Positions 28,123 to 41,639 of a stretch of 64,000 nucleotides of DNA are shown here, piece after piece. Within the stretch, counting starts at the first letter, position 1. Each line of letters begins with the position of its first letter. The notes beneath the pieces were generated by a model. The model was not told where the DNA came from. It did no database searches and saw only the letters and a program-made list of their open reading frames with translations. The stretch is from the NCBI GenBank assembly GCA_964247055.1, contig OZ176057.1, positions 2,542,001 through 2,606,000 of the forward strand, given 5' to 3'. The stretch is from Paragordius varius. Lineage: Eukaryota > Animalia > Nematomorpha. The translations under genes were made by a program, and so were the position numbers.

Positions 28123-28401
28123 CTAAGGAATCAAATAACCAAACTACAAAAGATGATATTCCATTAGTTGTTTGTGGAATTATTACATTTTTAGGCAAAT
28201 TTTGTTCACCAAATGATGGATTTAAGAAACAATGATTAGGGGCCAGCAATTCGAAATCGGACGAGATTTCACAATCTAAATTTAGAGGGAACGTGGCGGG
28301 TAAAATAATAGGATCAGTGCTTTGTATGTTTGACAGAATATTCCAGAAAAGTCCAATTGATAGGATTAATAAAGTTTTAAATGATGTTGCTATGATGAAT
28401 T
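28123..28401 (-). CDS. Candidate upstream exon (signal-peptide-like) of the LDLa receptor gene
   Basis: 92 open codons between TATAG and a G|GTTAGC donor. Contains LLILSIGLFWNILSNIQS. Its phase-1 end fits the phase-1 start of the LDLa exon. No ATG, and the link is inferred from phase only. Confidence 0.4.
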
Positions 28402-29218
28402 CTATAAGATAATTTGTTAAAAGTTTTGATCAATATTTGATTTTAATTAGTTTTTTAAGGGATTAATTAAGGAGATTTCAAATACAAATTTTAGCTTGTG
28501 CGCGTAAGATAAAATAGGCCTCTTTTTATGTTAAATATGAAATAGAATACAGTCAAATTCGATACTTTAATTTTTAATGTTTTTAAAAAAAGTATGTTAA
28601 ATTAGTCAACCACAGAAATCACCTCAACTTTTTGTAATTTTACAGCTATAATAAATATTTGAGCAGGGAACTTCTTATAAAAACCCCTATTGTGTAAAAA
28701 AAGACATGGCTCTTTTTTAAAATATGCAAAAAATTAATTTTATTTGATGATGTTTTAATTAATGTGTATTATGATTAATAATATATAATAATACAAATAT
28801 TTGCAAAAACTCATAAGATTATTAAGCTTATTTTGTGGTTTCCCTACAACCTAAATTATGGGCTAAAAATTAAACTTTAGATAGGAAAAGAACAAGATTA
28901 TCATCATCAATTAATTTTTATGCGCTTTTAATTAAAAAAATGTATTATCAGAGGCAGGATTCAATTAACATAATCTGCATATGTTTAAGGATTTTAAGAT
29001 TAACGGATTAAAACTTATATATGCGGAGTATAGAGCGCGTTAAAAAGATATGAAGAACATTCAAAAACAATAATTTTGGATTTTAGGAACTAGTTTTAAG
29101 TAATCTGATAAATATTATGATTATAGTTTGCCAAATAATTTATAGCGATGATGTTGTTTATAAAAATTTGTAATGAATTTATTTTGTAATATTCCTAATA
29201 TCATGGACTGAATACTTA

Positions 29219-29490
29219 CAGTAAAAATTGAAATTATACGGACAAAACGTTATGATATATAGATAAATATTTTCTAAAAGACAAGCATACTTTTATGAAC
29301 CTTGATTTTTTTTATATAAGCTATTTAGTTATATTTGTAAAATATAGAATTGATTGTGTTAATAATTTATATCGATTTCACACGTTGTCATTTAAAACAA
29401 TGAGTTATATCGAAATAAGTCAAGATCAAAAATGGTTGTATTTTAGAAAAATTTATTTGTCTTTACGTTTTGTCCGAATAGTTTTTACTG
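29219..29490. mobile_element. MITE family B copy. Others at ~20815-21110, 31248-31525, ~32246-32536, ~35545-35884 and 40813-41112
   Basis: TA|CAGTAAAAATTGAAATTATACGGACAAAACG...CGTTTTGTCCG...TTTTTACTG|TA. Confidence 0.78.
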
Positions 29491-29662
29491 TAATATAAAT
29501 ATCCTGAATAAAATCAGTTAATTACTTTAAATAAACAATATATAATATAATCCAGTAATTTATTCATATGCGAGACTACAATGTAAAAGTTAAGATATAT
29601 ATATATATATATATATAAAAAGTAGATATTTTGCGGAGCTTTTATTATGCCCAAAGAATTAT

Positions 29663-32600
29663 TTATCGATTATGTTGCGTGATTCGTTGTCGGAGTTCGT
29701 TTAAAACTTTAGATTCCTCCCTGGGGTCCAAAATATCAGCTGATCGCCCTAAATCATTTCCGCCATCAACAATTCCATGGTGGTGTTCCTTATATTGAAT
29801 GACAGGTAAATTTGGTGGAACTGCCTTAGTAGGAAATGCAGATGGTATATTAATTTTGTCAGCTGTGACACCCAACCCTAAACCGGTTGGGTCATAATCA
29901 TATGTTTTGGGAACTGGGCCAAGACCGGCTTGTTTAAATTGAAAAGCATCTGTTCTTTGACGATCTTCAATTTCACGGAGAATGGATGCGTTATTCATAC
30001 CTAAAGTATAGATAAAAATATTTTTTAAACAAAAATTAAAAACACCTTAATATATTTTAAAATTGTTTTTTGTAAATAAAAATATCTTTAAAACAAATTT
30101 ATGATCGTGAGCTCTAATATAAAAAATCCATTTTTTGACCTATTTGGCGCAATATTTTTGAACAGTATAAATACTCATTTCATACTTCGTACCATATTTT
30201 ATCAAAAAATTACTAAAAATACTAACAAAAAAATTGTTAGGAATATTATATATTTATTAATTTTATATGCAGATTTTAAAATAATGTATATACAAAAAAC
30301 TGTGTTTTATTAATCAATTTTTACTTATAATATCCATAAAATGATTTAAACAAGAAACACCCCTTTTGTTTGATTTCTTTTTTCGATAAATAATAAAATA
30401 AACCATGAAGCCCTGAAACAATATAACCAGCAAGAAATCTTGAACACAATCATAAAAAACTAAGAAAAAATATTTGTTCAAATAAATTTTTTGTATAAGA
30501 TGAGTTTTGACAATGAACGAGTAACAATGATGGTTAAAATAAACACAATAGTTTAGACAGTCTCTTTTAAAATCTAATAAAATATTTTTGTTAATTCCCA
30601 CAAAATATTTAGCGAATCCGTCGATTTTTTAATCTAAAAATGCGACCCGCAAAGCTATTTGTGTTTAACACCCCTGTTTTAGAGTATATTCTTTCAAAAC
30701 TATCGAATTAATATTTAGGTAATTTAATTATATATAAATACTATAAAACATGAATAAACCATTCATAAACGATATTTTAGTGTTTACATCCAATTATAAT
30801 TTCTGAAATCAACACCATCTTCTTGTTATAAATAAATTAAAGAAAAATCATTATGCATGGCTAGTCGTAAGCAATTTTCTGGCAAAAAATTTTCAGGAAA
30901 AAGTAATTATAATTTTACATGTTTAAAATAAACCCAATCTAATTTATATTTGACAAATGTAATTATAAAACAACTGACAAATGGATATTATTCAATTAAA
31001 CTATGATTATGGGTCACAAACATACCTTTTTTCAACCATACACAACACTTACTTTTTGAATTATTAGACATATTTAAAAATTATTTTTTAGTATTTGAAA
31101 GTTTGATATTCCTATATAACGCTTAAACATTCAATTTGATTTTCTTAATTTGATTAGCTTTAGGAGTGTTGAATTAAATAAACCCAGTTGTTTGTCTGGT
31201 AAACTTTAAAATCTTGAATTATTAAAATAAAAAAAATTGAGAAAATACAGTTAAAACTGAAATTATACGGATAAAATGTAAAAATATAAAGACAATTTCA
31301 ACCATACTTTCATAAATTTACCTTATTTTTCACAAATAAATTATTTAATTACAATCGTAAAATATATAATTGATTGTATTACCAATATCCTTGTGTAATT
31401 CATACATAAAAATTCTAAACAGTAAGTTATAAGTCAAAAAATCAAGATTTAAAAAATATATGTAATTTTTTCGAAAAATATTTGTCTTTATATATTAACG
31501 TTTTTTATAATTCCAATTTTTACCTGCATTATAATTTATAAATGCATTTATCAAACAAATTCAATGCAATATGCTATAAAAACAAATTTTTTTGTGACAT
31601 TAAAGAAAAATGTTAAATTTAATTGGCAAAATTGTTGCGTGTTTGGTTAAAAAAGATTTTTTAATTTAGAGATTGGAACCGGTTCCCTTAACTTTTTGAC
31701 GAAAAATATTGGCTGTAAGTATTAATTCACAAAATATTAGTACACACTTTATAAAATCGACATAGTAATCACACAATGCAACTTTTTCTCGTAAAATCAT
31801 AAAAATCAGTTAGTTTGATTTAATTTTGAATAAGATTGATAGGAAAATTAACCATAATAATGTTTAACATATGTTTGAAAAAAATTGTCAAAAAATGATT
31901 AAAAAGATGGGTCAAAAAAAGTTAAATAAAAAAACTGTTAAAAAAGAAAAATAGACCCGTTTTTGGAAAAATAGTTGTGGTTCCAAAACGATTCCAAATC
32001 CAATCCCTGGTTTAAATCACAATCAAAGAAAAAGATTTTAAAAGCCAAAAAATTGATAACTTTATTTAAAATTTATACTCTCTTTAAAACTCATTTTCGA
32101 CGAAGTTTTTCCTTTTGATTCAGTCATGGTATGTTTAATTTTTCTTTCAATACCAAAGTAAGTCCGGACCCCTGGAATACGGAGAAATCCAACTTGTAAA
32201 AGACTAAGGAAATTGTTGCAACACCAATAACATAAAATGGCCTATAAAATTGAAAATATATACAACGGACAAAACGTAACAATATAAAGATAAATATTTT
32301 TTTCTCCAAGATACTACCATACTTTTTAAATCAGGATTTTTTTAATATATATTATTACTGATTGTTTTAAATTCCAAATTACAAAATAGACATGTATGTT
32401 TGTACCATAATCAATTACATGTATTTTACGATTGTTATTAAATGATGTTTATAGGACAAATAATGTTTAAAAAACTATGGTTGTCATTTAAAAAAAAATT
32501 TTCTTTTCTCCGTATAATTTCATTTTTTACTAACTGTAAAAACCGCTTGAAATTAGATGAAAATATGTGTAGCTATATTGAAAAAGATTACCTTTTAAAA

Positions 32601-32702
32601 AGCTAATATAATTTTAAAAATATAGTCATTATTACATAAAATCTAAAAGTATATGTCATTAGAAATAAAAAAAAACACTGTATTCCCAAAATCCTATCAA
32701 AT

Positions 32703-32745
<43 letters not shown>

Positions 32746-35688
32746 CTAGGTAAAAAATGGTAAAATCTAAAATAACTTAATAAACCGCTTGAAATTTGAA
32801 ACTAAAAATCAGGGCACCAATAGGCATTGCTCTAAGGAACCATTTTACATAAGGCGCCGCATTTGGTTGCATACCTTCAGTTCCAAGCTAAAACAAAAAA
32901 ATTAAAAATAAAAAAAATTAAAAATAGAAATTAAAAATATAAATTAAAAAAAATAAATAAATTTTTTCACACTCAAAATAAAAAATATGGAAAGAGGGTT
33001 AGTATAAGATTAAGAAACATTTGTTAGAAAATTATATATATTTTAACTTTGCCCTTTTTTCTGTGTAAAAATAGGGTGTAAAAAGAAAATATTTTGGGAC
33101 AACACATATAATGTTTCAAACATTATCTTTTCTTCAAACCAAAAATTATAGTTTTTGGAAAAAAAATTAATTTAAACATATATGATCTGACCTAAACTAA
33201 ATAAACTTATTGCAATTTTAAACATTTTTTAACATAAAATATGATGTTAGAGTAGACAAAGTTACGCATAAATGTTAAAATTATAAAAAAAGTTATTAAA
33301 ATATTTTTTATCTCATATATCCCATTTAGGTACACTTAAAACAAAATTATTAAATTAAAATAATTTAACCTAAAAAAAAATAAACCAAAACAATTTTATA
33401 CAATTTTTGTAAAAAAAAATAATGTATGGTTTAATTACATAATATATAAAATTGTCAAATTTTACGCTTTTTATTTTTTCAATTAAATTATCGCTTTTAA
33501 CTTTTTTCTCAAAACTCACAATTTAGACTAAACATTTTACTTTTTTCTTTTAATTTAAATTTATAAAACAAATTCTCAATGGAATTCAAAATACAATATT
33601 TCTAAAAGATACAACCATGTGAAAAATATGTAAAAAATAAACATGTTTGCTTTGAGGTTACTGTATATACCATTTATAATTTAAATTCACGCTTGAACAA
33701 TTCCTAGTTCACCCTCAAACAATTCAAATTACCCCTAAAAATAAATTATGTGTTTTCGAGCTAATATAACTCATCATTAATATACCATTTGCAGTTCAAA
33801 TTTACCCTTAAACAATTCAAATTCACCTTTAAAATTTATATTCATCCTCGAACAATTCAAATTCACCCTCAAATAAATAACATGTTTTTAAGATTAAAAA
33901 ATACCTATATTTTACAATATTTTTTAAAACAATATTGAAAAATAATAAATTATGCCATAAAGATATAATTTGTATTAATACTATATTAGTTCGAAAACAC
34001 ATAATTTATTTATAGGGTAAATTTAAATTGTTCGAGGGTGAATTTGAATTGTTCAAGGGTGAATTTGAATTGTTCAAAGGTGAATTTAAATTGTTCGAGG
34101 GTGAATTTCAAGTGTAAATAGTATATCTTAATACACTCAATACAGTATAGAGCACTTTTTAAGACCATATATCAGTATTTTAAATAACTAAAATACAAAT
34201 TAATTTAAATGTCATTAAAATGACATTTTTTCATTTTTATAATTAAAATCATTTTGAAAAAAAATGTGTGGAAAAAAATTGTTGAGTAATAAATAAGTAT
34301 GTAGCTACTAATATAAAACCTAAGGATCTTATAAAGAAAATTATAAAATGAATGATTTGGTTGCACATTATGCCTTTAAATGCAAACATAAAATAAATTA
34401 GGATACGAAGTTAAAAGGATATGCAAAAAAAATATTAAAGGAAACTTTTTATATAGACAAAGAACAAAAAATTATGAATAGAAAGAAAGATCTTAACAAT
34501 ATAAATAACATTACAAACTTAAATATATTTACTTTATACTTTATATATTAGTTTATATTTTAATTTTTACGTTTGACAAAGATTACTTGTAGAATCAAAA
34601 CGCTCAATAAATTCACTTAATTTTAGCTAAATTATCATTCAAATAACAATTTAGCCATTTTATACAATTAACTTTTTTTGTCTTATATACCATTTACAGT
34701 TCAAATTTACCCTTGAACAATTCTAATTCACCTTTAAACAATTCAAATTCACCTTAAAAATAAATTATGTGTTATCGAACTAATATAACTCATTATTAAT
34801 ATGAAATATATGTTTATGGTATAGTTTATTATTTTTTTAGTATTATTTTAATTTAAAACAAAATTTTTATTTTTGAAAAATATATAAAATATAGGTAATT
34901 TTTAATTTTAAAAAACATGTATTTTATTTGCGGGTGAATTTGAATTGTTCAAGAATGAATTAGGAGTTATTCAATAATAAATTTTGAATTGTTCAAGGGT
35001 GAATTTGAATTGTTCAAAAGTAAATTTTAGTTGTTGCTTAAGGGTAAATTTTAATTATTGTTCCAGAATGAATTAGGAATTGTTCAAGGGTAAATTAGGA
35101 ATCGTTCAAGGGCAAAATAAACATTGTTAAAAGGGTGAATTATAATTGTTCAAGGGTGAATTAGAAATCGTTAAAGAGTGAATTAGGAATTGTTCAAGGG
35201 CAAATTAATAATTGTTCAAAGGTATATCATTCGTATAATATCATCAAAAAAAAATTATTTAACTTAGGAGGTATACTTACTTCAATCGTAAAAAACAGCG
35301 TTGCAGCCGTAATAATTGGCAAGGCATAATAAGGATCAGGTATTGTAAGATCTGGGAACCATAAAATCCCTCCGTTTTTCATACTTTCTATGGGGGCTTG
35401 GGCCATGGCCCTCAAACCAAAAAACATGGAAATAAATACGGGCGCCTATTGATTTATTCATATTCATTAATTCCAAACATATATAATGGTAAAAAATAAT
35501 TTTTTATAGTGTTGATTGAAAAAAAAATTGAAAATTTCAAGTAAAAAAATGTGAAATTATACGGACAAAATGTAAAAATATAAGAAAAACTGAAATTTTC
35601 AAAAGACAACCAACCATACTTTTTAAATCTTGATTTATTTGAATATAACTAACTTATTGTTTAAAATGGTAAAGTGTGAAATAGAGAG

Positions 35689-35730
<42 letters not shown>

Positions 35731-38700
35731 TACTAACACAATCAATTCTATATTTTACAATTGTAAGTCAAATAACTTATATGAGTAATACTAAGGGTTT
35801 AAAAAGCATGGTTGATTGTCTTTTAGATAAAAATATTTGTCTTTATATTTTTACGTTTTGTCCGTATAATTTCATTTTTTACTGTATAAATAAAAATTGT
35901 AAAATTTTGGCAAAAATTAAGTAAAACTGAATGAAATTTATGGAAACGATATATATAGAAATAAATATTAGAGCTTTAAAATAAATTGCAGTAAAAAATT
36001 TTTTGATTAATTAATAATTTTGGAAAGTTGTTAAAATACATGGAAAAAATGGAAAATGTATATTTTGCATTATAGGCTATTGGATTGTTATAGTTTTATA
36101 CTAAAGTTTATAAAATTTAAGTGTAAACATACCATTGACAGTTATAATTCGCCTTTAAACAATTCTGATACACCCTCAAACAATTCACCAAAATAAATTA
36201 TGTGTTTTACAAGATTAGAATTACCTATATTTTTTATATCTAAAAAATTTCTTTTAATTAATATAATACTGAAAAAATGATAAACTATGCCATAAAAATA
36301 TATTTATTATTTGATGAGTTATATGAGCAGCCCGAAAACACATAATTTTTTAGGGTGAATATTTATTGTTGAAGGATAATTTGAATTTATTAGGGTAAAT
36401 TTAAATTGTTAAAGGGTGAATTTGAATTGTAAATGGTAAATTATAGAGTATGGAGAAAATTTAAAAAAAATAATTTATAACGGAATTTATTATAAAATTA
36501 ATGATATGTTAATAAAATATTTCCTTTGTTTATATATTAAAGTTTTTATTAAAGACATTCGATTATAACTTAATTAAGTCTAACGTACGATTTCTAAAAC
36601 ATGGCATTACTATTAAAATTAATAAATGTTTTTTTATTTAATACTAACAATACAATTCTTACAACTTATAATTACTTTTACCACTTTCTGAAAGTTATAA
36701 CTGTTTAAATATTTCTACAAATAAGGCGGTGAAAGGGCGAACTATCAATATTTGTTAAGTATGCAAAAAAATATATATTTTTCTTATTAATAATGTCAAA
36801 AAATTATATATTTAGAGAAACCACTTTAAATTAAATTTTAGCCTTGAAACATAAAAATTCAATCAAATCGGCATTCAAAATGATGATTCATTTCTTAGAT
36901 ATTAATTTATACAATTTTTTAAAAAAATTTCCAACCACATTATAATTTATAAATACTTTGCATAAATAATATATTACCCGCTCCAATTTATTGAAAAATA
37001 TAATTTTAGAAACATATATATATATATATATGATTGTTTTAAGAAAAAAAACCAATTTTATACTTGTAGTAAAGGCATTAACATAGATCTAATGGGTCTG
37101 ATATCGTGTTGCTGAAAAAGTTTTTTCATTAACAAACTGTTGCGTAAAACTAAATATATAAATACAAATTTATATTTCTTTTTATAAAACATATATAATA
37201 CAAAAAGGAATATATTTTTTTGGGGGGAAAAGGAAATATTTTATTTTAAATTAATATTATATTTTTGCGCAAAAATATTTTTTTTGGTGAAAAAAAAACT
37301 GTGAATTATGGTACAGTTTTTTAAATTAGAAACAAATCAATCATCTCCTACATAAACACGCAAAAAACACATAATGTCTATATATTATAAATTTATATTC
37401 AAAATTTTAACGAAAACACAGTATAAAAATTTATGAAAATCAAACCCCCCTTGAACAATTCAAATTCACCCTTAAGCAATTTGAATTCCCCCTTAAACAA
37501 TTTAAATTCCCCCTTAAACAATTTAAATTTACCCTAAAACTAATAAAGTGTTTTTTGAAATTAAATATTTCATATATTTATATTGTTTCTAAAAATTGAG
37601 ATTTCGTTTGTAATCAAAATAATACTAGGAAAAATAATAAACTAAGCCATAAAAATATATATTACCATATTATAATAATGAGTTATATTAGTGCCCGGAA
37701 AACACATAATTTATTTTTTAGGGTGAATTTAAATTCTAAATGATACAAATTTGAATTTTTTGATTTTTTTTGTTGTAAAAAAATTAAACCAATTGAAGAA
37801 TTAATATTTTTACTTTCTTTGTAATCGCCTTCCTGACGAGCCGACATAACTGCCATCTGATATTTTTGGATTTGTGGCATATAATTGGCCATTTTTATAC
37901 TGTTTCTTTGATTTTTTATCATAAGTGGGAATAGGAGGAATCGTATACAACAAGTTGCTAGTTTTAAAGAGAATATGATCGAGTTTTTTATTTTCATAAA
38001 AAAGAATTCAGACATTAGTGTAAAATTATAAATAGATTTAGTTTGAAATTGCTATTTTAATGAAATTGCTTTAATATTTAATCATATGTGGAAATAGACA
38101 TATTAGTAAAAAGGTTGCTTAATTTATATAGGTTAGATTTTAAAATTAACAAAAATTAATAACAATAAAGTATAATCTATAAGAAAAAATATAAATTAGA
38201 GAGATAGATTAAAAGGTAAAAACTAATTTATTTTTTGTAGAGATACCCATATTTTTTAAAATCAAATATGTAAATTAGTATACAGTTGATAACATATTTT
38301 GTAATTGTAATGATATTTTAAATAAAAAAAGATATGGGTTTTCCTTGATAAAAATAAATGTATTTTACGTATTTTAAATTTTATATCATTAAAATACCGT
38401 ATGTATATTTATATTATATATACTTGCAATTATACTGCCCCACCAAGGTAAACCCCAAACATGAAAATTTTCTATGATTGTTTCAACTAGACCTGCTGGA
38501 GTGTTGTGACCCAAATTATAACTGCTTAAAGCTGGTTCTCCAAGAGCATTTAAAGGGATATTTAATATCGGTTCAATAATTTTATTGGTATTACCAGTTA
38601 AATTTGCGGATAAATCTGCCAAACTAATTTTTGAAGTGGTTATAGTGTCTGAAACATTAGAAAGACTGTCAAATATTTGGCCAGGCTTAGCGTTATTTGC

Positions 38701-38862
38701 TATGGAATTGGCAGAATTTACCAACTAAATGCTCATTAAAAATATATATTACTGTTTCTGATAAATTGGATATTCCTCTAACTATATAAACTAAACAAAA
38801 TTCCCTAATAAGATGAAAAATGTCATAAACCTTTGAAAAACTTTTGCACCTAGTCGAAGCAT
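29663..38862 (-). CDS. OXA1L: Mitochondrial inner-membrane insertase OXA1L (YidC/Oxa1 family), 460 aa. Exons 38862-38831, 38804-38753, 38724-38424, 37957-37814, 37149-37064, 35445-35281, 32887-32786, 32241-32079, 30000-29663
   Basis: Motifs: GLPWWGSIIATTCCIRFLLFPLMIK, PLLQ^APVFISMFFGLRAMA...GGILWFPDLTIPDPYYALP, LRAMP, AILCYWCCNNFLSLLQVGFLRIP, GPVPKTYDYDP. Nine exons total 1383 nt in frame; all introns are GT-AG. The first two exons are less certain than the core. Confidence 0.92.
32701..32742. repeat. (TA)n microsatellite. Others at ~6796-6815, ~29597-29616, ~35691-35730, ~37014-37030 and ~53663-53692
   Basis: Direct reading of the sequence. Confidence 0.9.
33670..34121. mobile_element. Foldback MITE family A copy with a duplicated left arm (OXA1L intron)
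   Basis: Two TATACCATTT starts (33670 and ~33784) and arrays of 21-bp units on both arms. Confidence 0.75.
34330..34620 (+). mobile_element. Penelope-like element remnant (GIY-YIG C-terminus and 3' flank)
   Basis: ILKETFYIDKEQKIMNRKKDLNNI resembles the RxxxESxYI...MNxKxD end of Penelope GIY-YIG endonucleases. It shares its 3' sequence with 41760-42000. Confidence 0.5.
34690..35223. mobile_element. Foldback MITE family A copy with an expanded right-arm 21-bp array
   Basis: TA|CCATTTACAG start and more than 10 degenerate GAATTGTTCAAGGGTGAATTT units at ~34930-35223. Confidence 0.75.
36132..36436. mobile_element. Foldback MITE family A copy (OXA1L intron). Further copies at ~80-306, ~37443-37745, 42313-43793 (split) and ~44604-44790 (left arm only)
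   Basis: TA|CCATTG...AAATGG|TA with the family's 21-bp units. Confidence 0.7.
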
Positions 38863-41639
38863 GGGTTTAGCTCATTTAAAATAACATCTGTTTAATCTGT
38901 TTAACTGATGAAGTATATTTACTTAGCGTTTGATTTAAGGGTATTAAAATTGAACATCGTTATAATCATTAAAATGCAGGTATTTGGCTAGTACTAATTA
39001 TCCTAAAATTAGATAGTAACGACTTCGAAAATTAACAGTTTATTACTTCTTATTTTAAAGAACGTAAGTTTTTACCTCATAGGAAATAATTGATTTATAT
39101 GTCCCTTACAAAATATATAATTTAGATAGATTCTTTATAAAAAATAATAGATGCGTCTTAAAGAATAAATTCATAAATTTAACCCATAACATCGGTTTTA
39201 ATATTTTATTTGAATTTTCTTTTAATATGCATCAGTGCATAAAATCGGGTAATATTTCGATGAAGTCTACATGTTACTGTAGAAAGCATCATAATTTTAG
39301 GAGTCTAATTATAACCCTTAAGTGTCATTTAACATTGGATACAAGACATTTATTTCAGTCCCTGGATATTGGAGTAGTTGATGCCCGGCTTGTAAAAATA
39401 TTTCAAAAAATTTGGAAAATATTAAGATGACATAAGGTTGAACTTATATAACATTAATGAACCGAAATATAAAATAATTCATTCTAAAATACTCGATATT
39501 ACTTATTCAGAGGTAAACCCCAAAGGTAATAATTTAGCCATGACATGTGAGAATAAGCTAAATATATAGTGTTATAGGTGATTTTTATATAAATAAACTT
39601 AATTTAGTCTTAATATTAACTATAAGATAAAACACACTCATTTAATTCAAATTGGGGTAGTTGGATACCACAGGCCTGTTTACTATCAAATACTTTAAAA
39701 GGTATGGAAGGAATCGAAACCATGGCAAACTTTTGCACTTATATAACTTTAATAAACCAAAATATATAAAAAAATTTATTCAAAAATACTTGATATTACT
39801 TATTTTAAGCTAAAATCCAAATGTAAAAATTTTGTCAATGTGACATGTGTCAAAATGTAAAATTAAAAAAAATACAAAATAAACCGCTTTTTTATTTTTC
39901 TCAATGTTCGATGTAATTCATATTAAAAATTAGCTTTGGTTTTACCCTTAAAATTAAATGAAGTCGATATTCTGCAAAAATTTTGTAAAATAAAAATGGC
40001 GTCGAAGTAGTTTGAGATGAAACTTTTTTTCATAATAAAATTTAACAATATATTTTGGCATATTTATATAATTTTTATCAGGATAGACGCATAATTTAAA
40101 ATTCGGACCAATTTAAATTTAGTCTGGGGTAATTTAGATAACCCAATTTGAATCGAAGTGTTAAATATACACTTAGCAAAAATGTTGTAAAAAATGGCGT
40201 AGTTTGGTACGAAACTTTTTTTTCCAAGTACGAATTTTATTTAGATATTGTGACTTATTTCTATAAATATTAGGACAGTAGCATAAATTTAAATGCAACC
40301 GTTTCTTTCAGTAGTTTTAAAAATGTCAAACAAAATATTGTCTGAATATCTAGATAGCCCAATTAGAATCGAAAATGCCATATTTTTCGTGCACTATCAA
40401 GAATCGCGAATTTCGCTAAAGCATAACATTAGAACTAAATAAATATATTTTTATTTGGGCCCAACTCAATGGACGCCTCGAAAATGGAATGGCTGTTTTG
40501 ATGGTATAAAATATCATATGCTGTTACATATGAAAAATTTTTTACCAAATTTTTTGAAAAAAACGGTCTATTAATTTTATAAATAAGATAAGATTTATAA
40601 GCGAAAATAATATAAAATTTTTATAAAATATGCTGAAATTATGTTTAAATATAAATCCACCAGGATTCTCATGGTAGAGTTTTAAGCAGAAATTATGATG
40701 AAGCCTATCTCATCGTTGGTTATTCGATGAATCGTGGACACGCTATTATAAATTTTATAAGAAATATGCTTATCATTTATATTAGTAAAGAATTAAAAAA
40801 ACATTTTTCCTTTTCAAATATACAGTAAAAATTGAAATTATGCTGACAAAAGGTGAAAACATAAAGATAAATAATTATTTCTAAAAAACAACCATACTTT
40901 TTAAATTTGGATATGAAATATAACTCATTGTTCAAAAATGTGAAGCATGAAATAAAGATATATATTGGTAACACATTCAATTATATATTTAATATTGTTA
41001 ATAAATATTTTATATGGGAAAAATTTAGATATAATAAAAGTTTGATAGTCTTTTAGAAAACAATATTTATCTTTATATTTTTACTTTTTGTCCGTATAAT
41101 TTCAGTTTTTATTTAGTTGTGTTTCTTCTAAAAAATCTCTTTAATTTTGAACTCGAACGGATGTTATAATTCTGTGATGGAGATGATCAGCGTCAATAAA
41201 CTTTTTTAGAAAAATTGTTTTTATAATTTAATAAAGTGCTTTTATATTAAATCAACTTTATTTTAAAATAAAAAATAATACGCTTCAACAAAATTTTGTC
41301 AAAAATTCTATATTTGAAAAGTATGCTTTTTTCAAAAAATATTATTTTTAATGTCATAATGCAGCATATAATTAGGAATAATCTTATCATGTAATAACGG
41401 CAATTATGCTTTTTGTTGAAGTTAGCCAATTTAATTGAGGCCGAAAATGTAACCTTCCCAAATCCATAAATTTACACCCTATATAAATATTGTTTGCTCT
41501 AGTTAATAACATATTCAAATAATATTTTTTGAAATGAAACATTTATTTTTTATTAAAAAATCAATTAACATAAGGTGTGAGAAAATTAGTTATATAATTT
41601 GGTGAGTAATTACCATAAAAGTGGTCTAAATGTCGATTG

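Noticed and set aside
34930-35223. Regularly spaced 21-bp repeats resembling a CRISPR array
   Set aside because: The units are contiguous and degenerate with no unique spacers. They belong to a eukaryotic MITE arm, and there are no cas genes.
39180-39430. Candidate first exon of OXA1L
   Set aside because: All frames stop or lack a phase-compatible donor. The ATG at 38862 with two tiny introns explains the N-terminus. The region may be UTR, promoter or a separate decayed sequence.
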